IMG/VR virus record: IMGVR_UViG_3300005468_000007
From: a virus
Strand: one strand, 5' to 3'
Length of the DNA stretch: 43,451 bases
Part shown: piece by piece, positions 24,656-32,254 of the stretch
Layout: each line of letters opens with the position of its first letter
How positions within the stretch are numbered: position 1 is the first letter of the stretch
The notes under the pieces: generated by a model
What the model saw: the letters and a program-made list of their open reading frames with translations, nothing else
Told to the model about the DNA's origin: nothing
The model's database searches: none
Made by a program: the position numbers and the translations under genes

Positions 24656-25009
24656 TCAGTTGGTGATTAGCTCAACGAGCCTGCGAAGTTCGGTGTCGCG
24701 TCCTGCGCGTATGTCGGCCTCGAGCTCGGAGTGGTGCTCAGTGCAGAGCGGTAAGAGGTTTGAGGGGTCGTCGGAGCCGCCGTCCTTACGCGGCTTGATG
24801 TGATGTGCTGCTACTCGCTTCACGCGACCGCAGATCGCACAACCATTTGCGGTGATGCGGGCAGCCGTGCGGCGCCAGGCCGGGGTTCGGTAGTTGGCGC
24901 GCGGCCGGTTATGCCTGATGTTGTCCCTGGCCTGACAATCGGCGCAGCGACTCAGCGAGGCTGAGATCAGTTGGCCGCAATCAAGGCAGGCGCGAACGTG
25001 AGGGCTCAT
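24656..25009 (-). CDS. HNH endonuclease
   Basis: 117 aa with CAICGRVKRVAAHHIKPRKDGGSDDPSNLLPLCTEHH and N-terminal CxxC pairs. Confidence 0.85.
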   Translation of the reverse strand: MSPHVRACLDCGQLISASLSRCADCQARDNIRHNRPRANYRTPAWRRTAARITANGCAICGRVKRVAAHHIKPRKDGGSDDPSNLLPLCTEHHSELEADIRAGRDTELRRLVELITN

Positions 25010-25311
25010 CGCTGGCGATGCCAGTCAAGCCAGCTGCGGAAGTCGAGGCGGTCGTGCCACGCGAGCACCGCGCCGACTACTGCGAGCAGGGAGCCGACGA
25101 GTCCGTGGTGGACGCGGAAGCCGAATAGCCAAAGTTGTTTGCGGCTCCGGTCGTATCGGAACAAGCGGCACTTCCTCCTAAGAAGGCCGGCCTGCCCACC
25201 CAGAGCCGTGATAACCCGAGCAACCCGCCGGGATGAGGCTGGGCCGCTCGCTACCCGAAGGTTGTAGAAGTTAGCCTGCGATTCCAGCGGCGCCGCGAGG
25301 GCGAACCGCAA
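25006..25311 (-). CDS. Hypothetical membrane-anchored protein, ATGA-coupled to the HNH gene
   Basis: Up to 101 aa. C-terminal hydrophobic helix GLVGSLLAVVGAVLAW. The TTG start is uncertain. Confidence 0.35.
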   Translation of the reverse strand: MRFALAAPLESQANFYNLRVASGPASSRRVARVITALGGQAGLLRRKCRLFRYDRSRKQLWLFGFRVHHGLVGSLLAVVGAVLAWHDRLDFRSWLDWHRQR

Positions 25312-25403
25312 GCCGGGAGCAGGCGGGACAAAGCCAACCGACCCTGCTTCCCATAGACGCTCAGCCCTATGAGCTTGCGCTGTCCTAAGTCTGAGTCTCC
25401 CTG

Positions 25404-25430
25404 AGCGGCTATTACTTACCGCTTATCAAG
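25404..25430 (-). promoter_or_regulatory. AT-rich element with short inverted repeat in the 154-bp gap; candidate middle/late promoter
   Basis: The minus strand reads CTTGATAAGCGGTAAGTAATAGCCGCT, which contains a TTGATA -35-like hexamer, TAAGTA/TAATAG -10-like hexamers and AGCGG..CCGCT arms. It is the only AT-rich patch in gap 25312..25465. Confidence 0.25.
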
Positions 25431-25465
25431 CTCGTGCGGCAAGGATACAAGGTGCCGCGGACGGA

Positions 25466-26113
25466 TTAGGCGGCTTTCAGGTAGCGGCCGATGGTCCGAT
25501 CGGACACATCAAGCCGCTCAGCGATCGCGCGCTTTTTCATCCCTTGGGCGGCGAGATTGAGAACCTTGGCCTGGCGCGTCTTGTCATCCCAGCCATCCCA
25601 GCCGCGGCGCGGTCGCCCGTCCACTTCGCTGCGTCGGTGGAGACGACGCGCCTTCTCCACGAAGCCCTGGTGACAGCCCTCATAGACCGCGACCTCGAGC
25701 GAGGAGAACCCCTCATACCAATCAATGATGCGTTTGATTGTTTCCTTCTCATCCTGCGCGACGTCGGGGACAACGCTCTGGCGTTTGGCTGCGATCTTCT
25801 GGCGGGGATCCTTGCCTCGATAACGGTAGTAATCACGCTCAGCTAGGCAGCAGAGGAGTTGTGCGCGTAGGACGGTTGTGCAGCGATCGAAATGAAAGGC
25901 GTACCAGTCAGCGAGCGAGCGGTCTTTGGGGGGTGGCTGATTGGACGGGCTGTCGGGGCGCGCCTCGGGCGGTGCGGAGCTTTCGGCCTTGCCGCTCGAG
26001 ATATGCGCCTGAGCGATCGCGGAGCCAGCCGCTTCATCGAGCATCTTGAGCTTCGTGAGGATGCGGTTCGCGCGGCGCGCGAGCTCAGGATCTTCTTCGG
26101 TCCACTCCTTCAC
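25466..26113 (-). CDS. DNA-binding regulator with C-terminal HTH (resolvase/sigma-r4/LuxR-type)
   Basis: GTG 26111..26113 follows GGGGGAG and overlaps the upstream TGA. The C-terminus is GMKKRAIAERLDVSDRTIGRYLKAA. The upstream part of the ORF-track entry is Arg/Cys-rich shadow sequence. Confidence 0.5.
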   Translation of the reverse strand: MKEWTEEDPELARRANRILTKLKMLDEAAGSAIAQAHISSGKAESSAPPEARPDSPSNQPPPKDRSLADWYAFHFDRCTTVLRAQLLCCLAERDYYRYRGKDPRQKIAAKRQSVVPDVAQDEKETIKRIIDWYEGFSSLEVAVYEGCHQGFVEKARRLHRRSEVDGRPRRGWDGWDDKTRQAKVLNLAAQGMKKRAIAERLDVSDRTIGRYLKAA

Positions 26114-26421
26114 TCGCTCCCCCTCTCGGGTGCAGGAATCGTCCGTGACCCCCCGACAGGTTCCCCGGCAGCGGCAAGCCCGACGGGTCGGACAGGGCAA
26201 GTACGTAAGCTGCCCGGTGTCTTGCCGTTCAGCTCTCCAAGAAACCCCGTATCGGGATCGTAACCAACTTCGGTGTTGACGGCCCATGCCGCTCCGTTCC
26301 AGATCAGCCAGCGCCCGCAGTCCCGGCAAGCACCACACAGTCCGCTACAGAACCCCAAATGCGACCGCCAGCGGTGGTGACAATGGGGCTTGTGCCCCCG
26401 AATCTTGCAGAGCCCCCTCAT
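26110..26421 (-). CDS. Cys/His-rich small protein (103 aa)
   Basis: ATG 26419..26421 overlaps the upstream stop. MRGLCKIRGHKPHCHHRW..CSGLCGACRDCG.. The stop overlaps the next GTG. Confidence 0.45.
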   Translation of the reverse strand: MRGLCKIRGHKPHCHHRWRSHLGFCSGLCGACRDCGRWLIWNGAAWAVNTEVGYDPDTGFLGELNGKTPGSLRTCPVRPVGLAAAGEPVGGSRTIPAPERGSE

Positions 26422-26597
26422 TCTTCCCTCTCGGGTGTCGAGCGGAGTTCCTTCTTGGTCACGGAGAACTGGACGCCGACCATATGCTCGGGCTTGTGCT
26501 CGGCCACGATGAAGCCAATCAACGTTCCCTCGCAGATCAGGGCAGGTTCGATGGCGAGCCTTCCGCACTCCGGACAGATGTAGACCGTAACCTTCAT
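26418..26597 (-). CDS. Small zinc-ribbon-like protein (59 aa)
   Basis: ATG 26595..26597 overlaps the upstream stop. MKVTVYICPECGRLAIEPALICEG.. Confidence 0.5.
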   Translation of the reverse strand: MKVTVYICPECGRLAIEPALICEGTLIGFIVAEHKPEHMVGVQFSVTKKELRSTPEREE

Positions 26598-26791
26598 TCT
26601 CCGCCCGCGGGTGTGGGCGCTCGCAATTCGGCTTGCCCGACGACGGCTTCCAGGGTTCCAGCCCGATGCACCATCCCGCCCGTTGAAAGCTCCCATATCG
26701 GCGGGCGAAGATCAGGTTGTTCGATGTAGGCAATCTTGACGAAGCCGCCTCTCGCTCGCCCCAGCTCCTCAATTCGTTCCTCGATGCTCAT
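26594..26791 (-). CDS. Small hypothetical protein (65 aa; alternative starts at 26818/26821)
   Basis: ATG 26789..26791 follows GAGAGAGGGGAAGAA. MSIEERIEELGRARGGFVKIAYIEQ.. Confidence 0.45.
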   Translation of the reverse strand: MSIEERIEELGRARGGFVKIAYIEQPDLRPPIWELSTGGMVHRAGTLEAVVGQAELRAPTPAGGE

Positions 26792-26817
26792 TTCTTCCCC
26801 TCTCTCGGGTGCAGGCA

Positions 26818-27111
26818 TCAAGCATCCCGCCAGACACCGCGCTCAAGGAAGCCGTGCCAGTCGTGACCGTGCTCTGCTGTCGTTGCGAGGATTGACCTGC
26901 TAACCGTCACCGTTCCGTCCTCATGCTCGGTGATCTCGTGTTGGCTCACGCGGCCAATCTCGCCCGTCGGATCACGGAACCACAAGCTGATCTTCCCCTC
27001 GGGAATCCTGATCCCTTCGGGGTCGGCTGGATACACGACCACGTAATCGCCAGCCTTGCCCTCATAGAGTGCCTTGACGTTCTCGACACGCCGCCCCTTT
27101 AGCTCAGCCAT
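26818..27111 (-). CDS. Hypothetical protein (97 aa)
   Basis: ATG 27109..27111 follows GGAGGGAAGGGA. MAELKGRRVENVKALYEGKAGDYVVVYPADPEGIRIPEG.. Confidence 0.5.
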   Translation of the reverse strand: MAELKGRRVENVKALYEGKAGDYVVVYPADPEGIRIPEGKISLWFRDPTGEIGRVSQHEITEHEDGTVTVSRSILATTAEHGHDWHGFLERGVWRDA

Positions 27112-27359
27112 CGTTCCCTTCCCTCCGGTGTAGGTGGCCCGGCGGGTGGGTCGGGGAGCATGGTCTTGAGCAGTTGTTCGGCCCACATCTCTTGTACCGT
27201 GCGAACGGGAGGCCCGTTGGGGTCGCGGTCGGCCAGCACAAGTCGCGCTTGCTCTCGTACATTTTCCACCATCCTCTCCAACTGCTGGACCCTGATCCGC
27301 AAGTTATTACGTTCCTGCACGAGAAGGGTAATATGCTCGCCGTCGCTTGTCGCACTCAC
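27099..27359 (-). CDS. Coiled-coil protein (86 aa) carrying copy 3 of the 22-nt repeat
   Basis: GTGA overlap with the upstream lipoprotein gene. Contains ..NNLRIRVQQLERMVENVREQ.. Confidence 0.5.
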   Translation of the reverse strand: MSATSDGEHITLLVQERNNLRIRVQQLERMVENVREQARLVLADRDPNGPPVRTVQEMWAEQLLKTMLPDPPAGPPTPEGRERWLS

Positions 27360-27568
27360 TTCTCGATCACCCTCCAGGTGCTGCCGTCACCGCAGACAAC
27401 TATCCGTGCGCTCCAAGGAACGCCATCCCTCACCGCGAGGCGGCGTTCGCCAACTTGCTCGACCCGGTGCGGGGCACAGGTTTGTTGAGCAAGCCATGAG
27501 GGGGTACGGCCGCAGCCGATAAGAACTACCGCGACGGCGGCTAGTCCAAGAATCCACAACCTACTCAT
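27356..27568 (-). CDS. Small lipoprotein (70 aa)
   Basis: Signal peptide plus lipobox: MSRLWILGLAAVAVVLIG|C. Confidence 0.6.
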   Translation of the reverse strand: MSRLWILGLAAVAVVLIGCGRTPSWLAQQTCAPHRVEQVGERRLAVRDGVPWSARIVVCGDGSTWRVIEK

Positions 27569-27875
27569 CGCTCTGAGCCTTTAGAAGGGCGAGGACTTCC
27601 CTTGACGCCTTGATATGGACGTGCTGCTTTCCACTTGTCCACGCCCGCACGTCCTCGATCACCTTCTCCAACTGCCGGACCCGATCCAAAGGGACGTAGA
27701 TCGTTGGAACCATTGGAGGTCGGAACTCTCGGTCCTCGTCCTCGTGGCGCAAGCAATAGTGCTCGTCGGCTTTTCGGTTGATCCAGCGCGTTCCTTCCAT
27801 TGGCATCCCGCACTCAGAGCAGACCAGTTCCTCAACCTCGGCTGAGCCTTTTCCTCGTGCCTCTAGCCCGCTCAC
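27561..27875 (-). CDS. Hypothetical protein (104 aa) with CxxC pair, carrying copy 2 of the 22-nt repeat
   Basis: GTGA overlap upstream. Contains VCSECGMP and ..LDRVRQLEKVIEDV.. Confidence 0.5.
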   Translation of the reverse strand: MSGLEARGKGSAEVEELVCSECGMPMEGTRWINRKADEHYCLRHEDEDREFRPPMVPTIYVPLDRVRQLEKVIEDVRAWTSGKQHVHIKASREVLALLKAQSDE

Positions 27876-28522
27876 TTTGCCTCCAACGCCTTGAGCTTCG
27901 TTTCTAGCTGCTCCCGCGCGTAGTAGAGCGCCGCGTCCTCGTTGCCGACCAGCTTCTTGCCGTCGATTACCTTGAGCACCACTCGGATGCGGTCAGCGTC
28001 GCGGGGCAGGACTGGCGGTCGGCCTCCGATTGAATCCTCGTCGGCCTCCAACTGCCGGACCCGATCCTGGGCTTCTTTGAGCAGTGTGCCGTCTGCCCAT
28101 TGCTCTCGCAACTCCTTCAGTTCACGACGGCAGACACGCAGCCGATAGCCGACTGAGCAGCCCTGGCACTTACCCGACCCTCCGCAGTAGAGGCAGCGGT
28201 TCGCTTCGACCCCGCCTGTTCCACCGCAGGGTCCGCAATCATCATCGCAACGCGGATCATGGTCGCCGCCCTCCCCGCACGCGAGCGGCACTAACTCGTC
28301 ACGTTGAACTTTCAGCCGTTCAGTCTCCCGCTGGGCTTCGTCACGGTCTTGCCGCATCCTGGCCAAGTCTCCGACTCGATCAGCGTGGTTGTGGCGTACA
28401 AGCTCTAACTCCTTCTCGGCGCGCTCGGCACGTGCTAGTAGCTGTTCGATGTAATCGTTGGACTCGCTGGGTAGGTCGCGGGGCACGCTGATCCCGCGGA
28501 AGTTCCCCTTGGCATCAGGCAT
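27872..28522 (-). CDS. Coiled-coil protein with DnaJ-type CxxCxGxG zinc-finger motifs
   Basis: 216 aa. The central region is CDDDCGPCGGTGGVEANRCLYCGGSGKCQGC, flanked by Glu/Arg-rich heptad-like regions. Confidence 0.5.
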   Translation of the reverse strand: MPDAKGNFRGISVPRDLPSESNDYIEQLLARAERAEKELELVRHNHADRVGDLARMRQDRDEAQRETERLKVQRDELVPLACGEGGDHDPRCDDDCGPCGGTGGVEANRCLYCGGSGKCQGCSVGYRLRVCRRELKELREQWADGTLLKEAQDRVRQLEADEDSIGGRPPVLPRDADRIRVVLKVIDGKKLVGNEDAALYYAREQLETKLKALEAK

Positions 28523-29395
28523 TTAGGCTGCCTCCAGTGCGAGTTGACGGGTCGCAGTGTCTAGGTTTTCGACGGCCGTTTGCCAATAGGACCGCTTGAG
28601 TTCGATGCCCGTAAACGTGCGGCCTTGCTCAACCGCGACTACTCCCTCAGAGCCGATGCCAGCGAACGGGCTGAAGATGTGTTCGCCTTGGTTAGACCAC
28701 AACCTCACGCATCGCTCAATCAGCGGAAGTTGAAGCGGGCAGATATGGCGCTCGTCGGCGTCCTCGCGCGCGACTCGCGCGTTCAGCGTGTCGGTTTCCC
28801 GAATGTCGTACCAAACTGGCCGCGCCCATTCGATCCAAGTCTCGTTATCGCAGTCGGGCTTGATTGCGGTCGAGTTGTCGCCCGGTGCCCTGAACATCAG
28901 CAGGTAATCGGCCATTGCCGGCCTGCTCATTGCCGAGTCGCGGTTGAGCGTCCCGAACATGAGCGCCTGGGCCTTGGTGCGGATCGCTTGGGCTTGCGGG
29001 TCTTTGTCGATCGTGACCTCGGCGTGAAAGATCCATGCTCGCTTCTGGAAGGCGGCGATTACCTGCCCTCGGAAGTCCGTCAAGCCGATAATGCCGTGGG
29101 TCGCCTTGGTTGTCGAAAGCTGCTGGACATGAACGCAGGCCAGTCGACCCGGACGCGTGACCCGTCGCAACCCCTGAAGCACGAAATCGAAATGCTCAAG
29201 GAACTCCTCGCGGTCTTTGCTATTGCCAAGGTCGCGTACCGATGGCGAGTAGGTGTAGAGGTTTGCGAACGGAGGCGAAAAGATGGAGAGATCGACGGTG
29301 CTGCTCGGGATCTCGGCCATGCGCTCGCAGGAGTCGCCAAGCATCAGGCGCCAACCCTCGCCCTGTGCGTCGTCAGTTTCGTAAACGTCACTCAC
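28523..29395 (-). CDS. DNA amino-methyltransferase, beta class (N4-C or N6-A)
   Basis: 290 aa. Motif IV FSPPF lies near the N-terminus and motif I FSPFAGIGSEG near the C-terminus. Confidence 0.8.
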   Translation of the reverse strand: MSDVYETDDAQGEGWRLMLGDSCERMAEIPSSTVDLSIFSPPFANLYTYSPSVRDLGNSKDREEFLEHFDFVLQGLRRVTRPGRLACVHVQQLSTTKATHGIIGLTDFRGQVIAAFQKRAWIFHAEVTIDKDPQAQAIRTKAQALMFGTLNRDSAMSRPAMADYLLMFRAPGDNSTAIKPDCDNETWIEWARPVWYDIRETDTLNARVAREDADERHICPLQLPLIERCVRLWSNQGEHIFSPFAGIGSEGVVAVEQGRTFTGIELKRSYWQTAVENLDTATRQLALEAA

Positions 29396-30699
29396 GCAGC
29401 CACCAACTCCGGGCGCATGTGGGCAACCAGCGAATCGATCATCCGAGCAGCCTCCCTTTCCTTGCGTCTGACGTTCTCCACGATTCCGCGCTCAAGCTCA
29501 GAAACGACAACATGCGCCTCGACTAGCTCGGTCTGCCCGAAGCGCCAGCAGCGACGGATCGCTTGGTAATAGGACTCGTAGGAATCGGAGAGGCCGACGA
29601 AGGCCATCTTGTGGGCGTTCTGGAAGTTCATGCCGAAACCGGCGATGCTTGGCTTGGTGACGAGCACCCTGATCGCTCCGTCCTGAAACGCCTCAAGCGC
29701 ATGGGCCTTATCGTCTGGCGCCCAGCTGCCCTCGACATTTACGGCACCCTCAATGTCCTCGGCGCAGCCCCGCGCCTCATCATTCAACCCACACCAGACA
29801 ACCCATTGCTCATCGTCTGCGGCTAGCTCAGCTGCTCGCTCGATTCGCGCGGCCATCGTCTGGCGTCGGACGGCCACCCGACCGCCGATGCCGCCGAGAT
29901 CGGTCGCAAACAGCTGGTTGTCTGGCGTCAGGTCGACGTCGACTGCCTGGGAAATGATCGAGAGCTCGGGCAGTTCGTAGCCATCGTCCGAATAGCCGAG
30001 GTCAGAGGGGCGTCGAATTGCCTGCGCCCACCCAGCCATCCAGCGAAACATGGGACCGATCGCATGCCCTTTGAGTCGCCAGTCGCGCTCGTCGTTTACA
30101 AAATAGGAGGCAAGCATTTCGGCGCGGCTCATCACGCCAAGGAAGGCGGCGTGGTTGGTTAGCTCAGCTACATCGTTCGGCGCTGGCGTAGCGGTACAAG
30201 CGAGTCGCCGCGGCACCGTTGCGAACATCTGGATCAGCTTGGTGCGCGTCTTGCCATCGACGCTCTTGAGGATTGAGGACTCGTCCAGCACGACCGCACC
30301 GAACTGCGCTGGGTCAAACTGCTCGATCATCTCATAGTTGGTAATCCAGACTCCGGGGCCATCGGCGTCTAGCCCATCGCGCACATACCGAACCTCGCAG
30401 TCGATCTTCTCTGCCTCGCGGACGGTCTGGCGCGCGACCGATAGCGGCGCGACGATCAGGCTCTTGTCAGCTGAATGGCGAGCCCATTCGACTTGGGCGA
30501 AGGTCTTGCCCAGACCGCAGTCCCAGAACAGAGCCGCTCGCCCGGTTCTCAGCGCCCATGCCGTCCCGTCCCGCTGAAACTCATAGAGAGTCGGATGGAG
30601 ATCATCGGGTTCAACCTCAACCCCAGCCGCGGCGATGCGGCGTTCCTTCGTCGCTAAGAAGTCAGCGTAAATGTCACCGGTCCCTGCCTTTTTTGTCAC
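29392..30699 (-). CDS. SNF2/DEAD-like superfamily-2 helicase
   Basis: 435 aa. Motif I DCGLGKT, motif II VVLDESS, and C-terminal helicase motifs (..GFGMNFQ..). Confidence 0.85.
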   Translation of the reverse strand: MTKKAGTGDIYADFLATKERRIAAAGVEVEPDDLHPTLYEFQRDGTAWALRTGRAALFWDCGLGKTFAQVEWARHSADKSLIVAPLSVARQTVREAEKIDCEVRYVRDGLDADGPGVWITNYEMIEQFDPAQFGAVVLDESSILKSVDGKTRTKLIQMFATVPRRLACTATPAPNDVAELTNHAAFLGVMSRAEMLASYFVNDERDWRLKGHAIGPMFRWMAGWAQAIRRPSDLGYSDDGYELPELSIISQAVDVDLTPDNQLFATDLGGIGGRVAVRRQTMAARIERAAELAADDEQWVVWCGLNDEARGCAEDIEGAVNVEGSWAPDDKAHALEAFQDGAIRVLVTKPSIAGFGMNFQNAHKMAFVGLSDSYESYYQAIRRCWRFGQTELVEAHVVVSELERGIVENVRRKEREAARMIDSLVAHMRPELVAA

Positions 30700-30915
30700 C
30701 GGTCTATCACCGGTTTGCGGTCAAGGCAAACAGCAATAGGGAGGAAACCTGCGCGGCTCTGCGGGGTTCTGCGTGCCTGCCCGGTTGAGGTTGCGCGCCC
30801 GTGCGCGCCTGTGCGTCCGAACCTTCCTAGTGCGGGCGGTGGGTTGCTAAAGGGCGCAGTCGTGCGTGGGCTAGGCGTGGGGGCAATCACGGTGTCACCT
30901 GTTTGTCACCGGTCT
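30672..30915. promoter_or_regulatory. attP-like / regulatory region with clustered TCACCGGT motifs, 14-bp direct repeats and phased TGCG repeats
   Basis: TTTGTCACCGGTCT occurs at 30692..30705 and 30902..30915. Degenerate copies occur at 30672..30682, 30706..30716, 30886..30894 and 30893..30900. The 206-bp non-coding core lies one small ORF downstream of the integrase. Confidence 0.45.
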
Positions 30916-31208
30916 TCGGCTCCCCATACATAGGGCTTGGAGGAACGCGCGGCGATTTTGGCCTTCTCCATCGCCGCCGCGAAATCATGAATGCTTGCGG
31001 TCGCCTCGGCCACGGTCTGCCCATAGCTCTTGAACAGGCGTTCAAGGGATTTCAAGCCGACCACTGCCCTCCTAAAGAGATCCTCGTTCACATAGCCGCA
31101 GCGCTCGCAGCGAAACCCGGTTGGCAACCATCTGTGCCCTCGGATCGCACAGATCGGCCACATCATGATCATGCGAACCGCCTCCATCCCATAGACCGTC
31201 TGTTTCAC
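30906..31208 (-). CDS. Hypothetical Cys-containing protein (100 aa), GTGA-coupled to the integrase
   Basis: The ORF-track ORF contains ..WPICAIRGHRWLPTGFRCERCGY.. Confidence 0.45.
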   Translation of the reverse strand: MKQTVYGMEAVRMIMMWPICAIRGHRWLPTGFRCERCGYVNEDLFRRAVVGLKSLERLFKSYGQTVAEATASIHDFAAAMEKAKIAARSSKPYVWGAEDR

Positions 31209-32254
31209 GATGCCCTCCGCTTCTTGACCTCGCTGAGTTCGACCGGCTCCGCGAACATGCGCTTGAGTCGTCCCCTCGCAGCCTCCTCAGACGGGTGCCC
31301 GTAGAGCGTACGGACTAGGGTGCCGCCATCCTTATGGCCGAGTTGAACCGCAATGTCCTCTGGTGTCGCGCCACGCATGAGCAGCAAGTGGGCGCAGGCG
31401 TGGCGAAGCTCGTAGAAATCCATCTGTGGGCGCCCTGCGGCTGCGCGGACCTGGCTGAACCAGTAGTGCAGGCTCGTCTTGCGGAAGCGTTTGCCACGGG
31501 CGGTGGTGAAGATCAGGTCGCTGTCGATGCTGCGGGGTAGGGAGACAAGCGCGGCGCGGGCCTTCGGCGGAATGATGATCGTCCGCGGCTCGCCGTTCTT
31601 TGGGGGCTTGACGGCGCCCGTGACGTCGAGCGAGCGGGCGACGGTCATCTCGTCGGCGTTGAGGTCGCCCCAGCGGAGCTCGAACAGTTCGCCGGGGCGC
31701 AGGCCACAGTAGCCAGCGACGAGGATCAGGGCGGAAAGCTGCGGCCCCATCTCCGGGTCGAGGACTTCGAGCGCCGTGTGTGCCAGCGCGTCGATCTCCT
31801 CCTCGGTGAGCGCGGTTATGTCCTTGCGCCCGCGGGAGCGCTTGAGGCGCAGGGCGGCGAAGGGGTTGAGCTCCACTAACCCATCGCGCAGCGCATCGCC
31901 ATACATGGTCCTGGCCGTGCGGACAGCCATCTCGGACTGGCGGATTGCCCAGGCACGGGCCTCGGGGCGGTCGATTGCGTCGAGCCTGCGGTTGCCGAAC
32001 TCAGCGAGCAGGGCGTTGAGGCCGTAGCGGTAGGTGCGGCGGGAGGCCGCGGCGGGGCGAGCGTAGTCGCGTTGCCAGACCTTCGCAAAATTGCTAACCG
32101 TGATCTCCCTGGTTATTCTCTGCTTGAGGGCTGCCTGCTCAGCTTCGCGGGCCGCCTTGCGAGTGGGATGCGCGGTGCCGTGGTAGCGCCATGCGCCCTT
32201 GTGCCAGGTCTTCGCTACCCATTTGCCCGTTCGCTTGTTGCGGTAGACGCTCAC
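31205..32254 (-). CDS. int: Tyrosine recombinase / phage integrase with AP2-like N-terminal arm-binding domain
   Basis: Catalytic-domain motifs ELRHACAHLLL and LGHKDGGTLVRTLYGH. N-terminal VYRNKRTGKWVAKTWHKG. GTG 32252..32254 overlaps the upstream TGA (the ORF track gives a start at 32296). Confidence 0.9.
   Translation of the reverse strand: MSVYRNKRTGKWVAKTWHKGAWRYHGTAHPTRKAAREAEQAALKQRITREITVSNFAKVWQRDYARPAAASRRTYRYGLNALLAEFGNRRLDAIDRPEARAWAIRQSEMAVRTARTMYGDALRDGLVELNPFAALRLKRSRGRKDITALTEEEIDALAHTALEVLDPEMGPQLSALILVAGYCGLRPGELFELRWGDLNADEMTVARSLDVTGAVKPPKNGEPRTIIIPPKARAALVSLPRSIDSDLIFTTARGKRFRKTSLHYWFSQVRAAAGRPQMDFYELRHACAHLLLMRGATPEDIAVQLGHKDGGTLVRTLYGHPSEEAARGRLKRMFAEPVELSEVKKRRAS

Noticed and set aside
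26110-26772. A 220-aa minus-strand ORF spanning three small genes.
   Set aside because: Only its last 103 codons are supported (ATGA overlap at 26418..26421 and GTGA at 26110..26113). The upstream part overlaps better-supported ORFs in other frames and has a shadow-frame composition.
30811-30827. A possible tRNA 3'-fragment serving as the attP core (the reverse complement reads GGAAGGTTCGGACGCAC, resembling a T-arm GGTTCG).
   Set aside because: There is no matching acceptor or T-stem pairing, nor the rest of a tRNA. The resemblance is limited to 6 nt.
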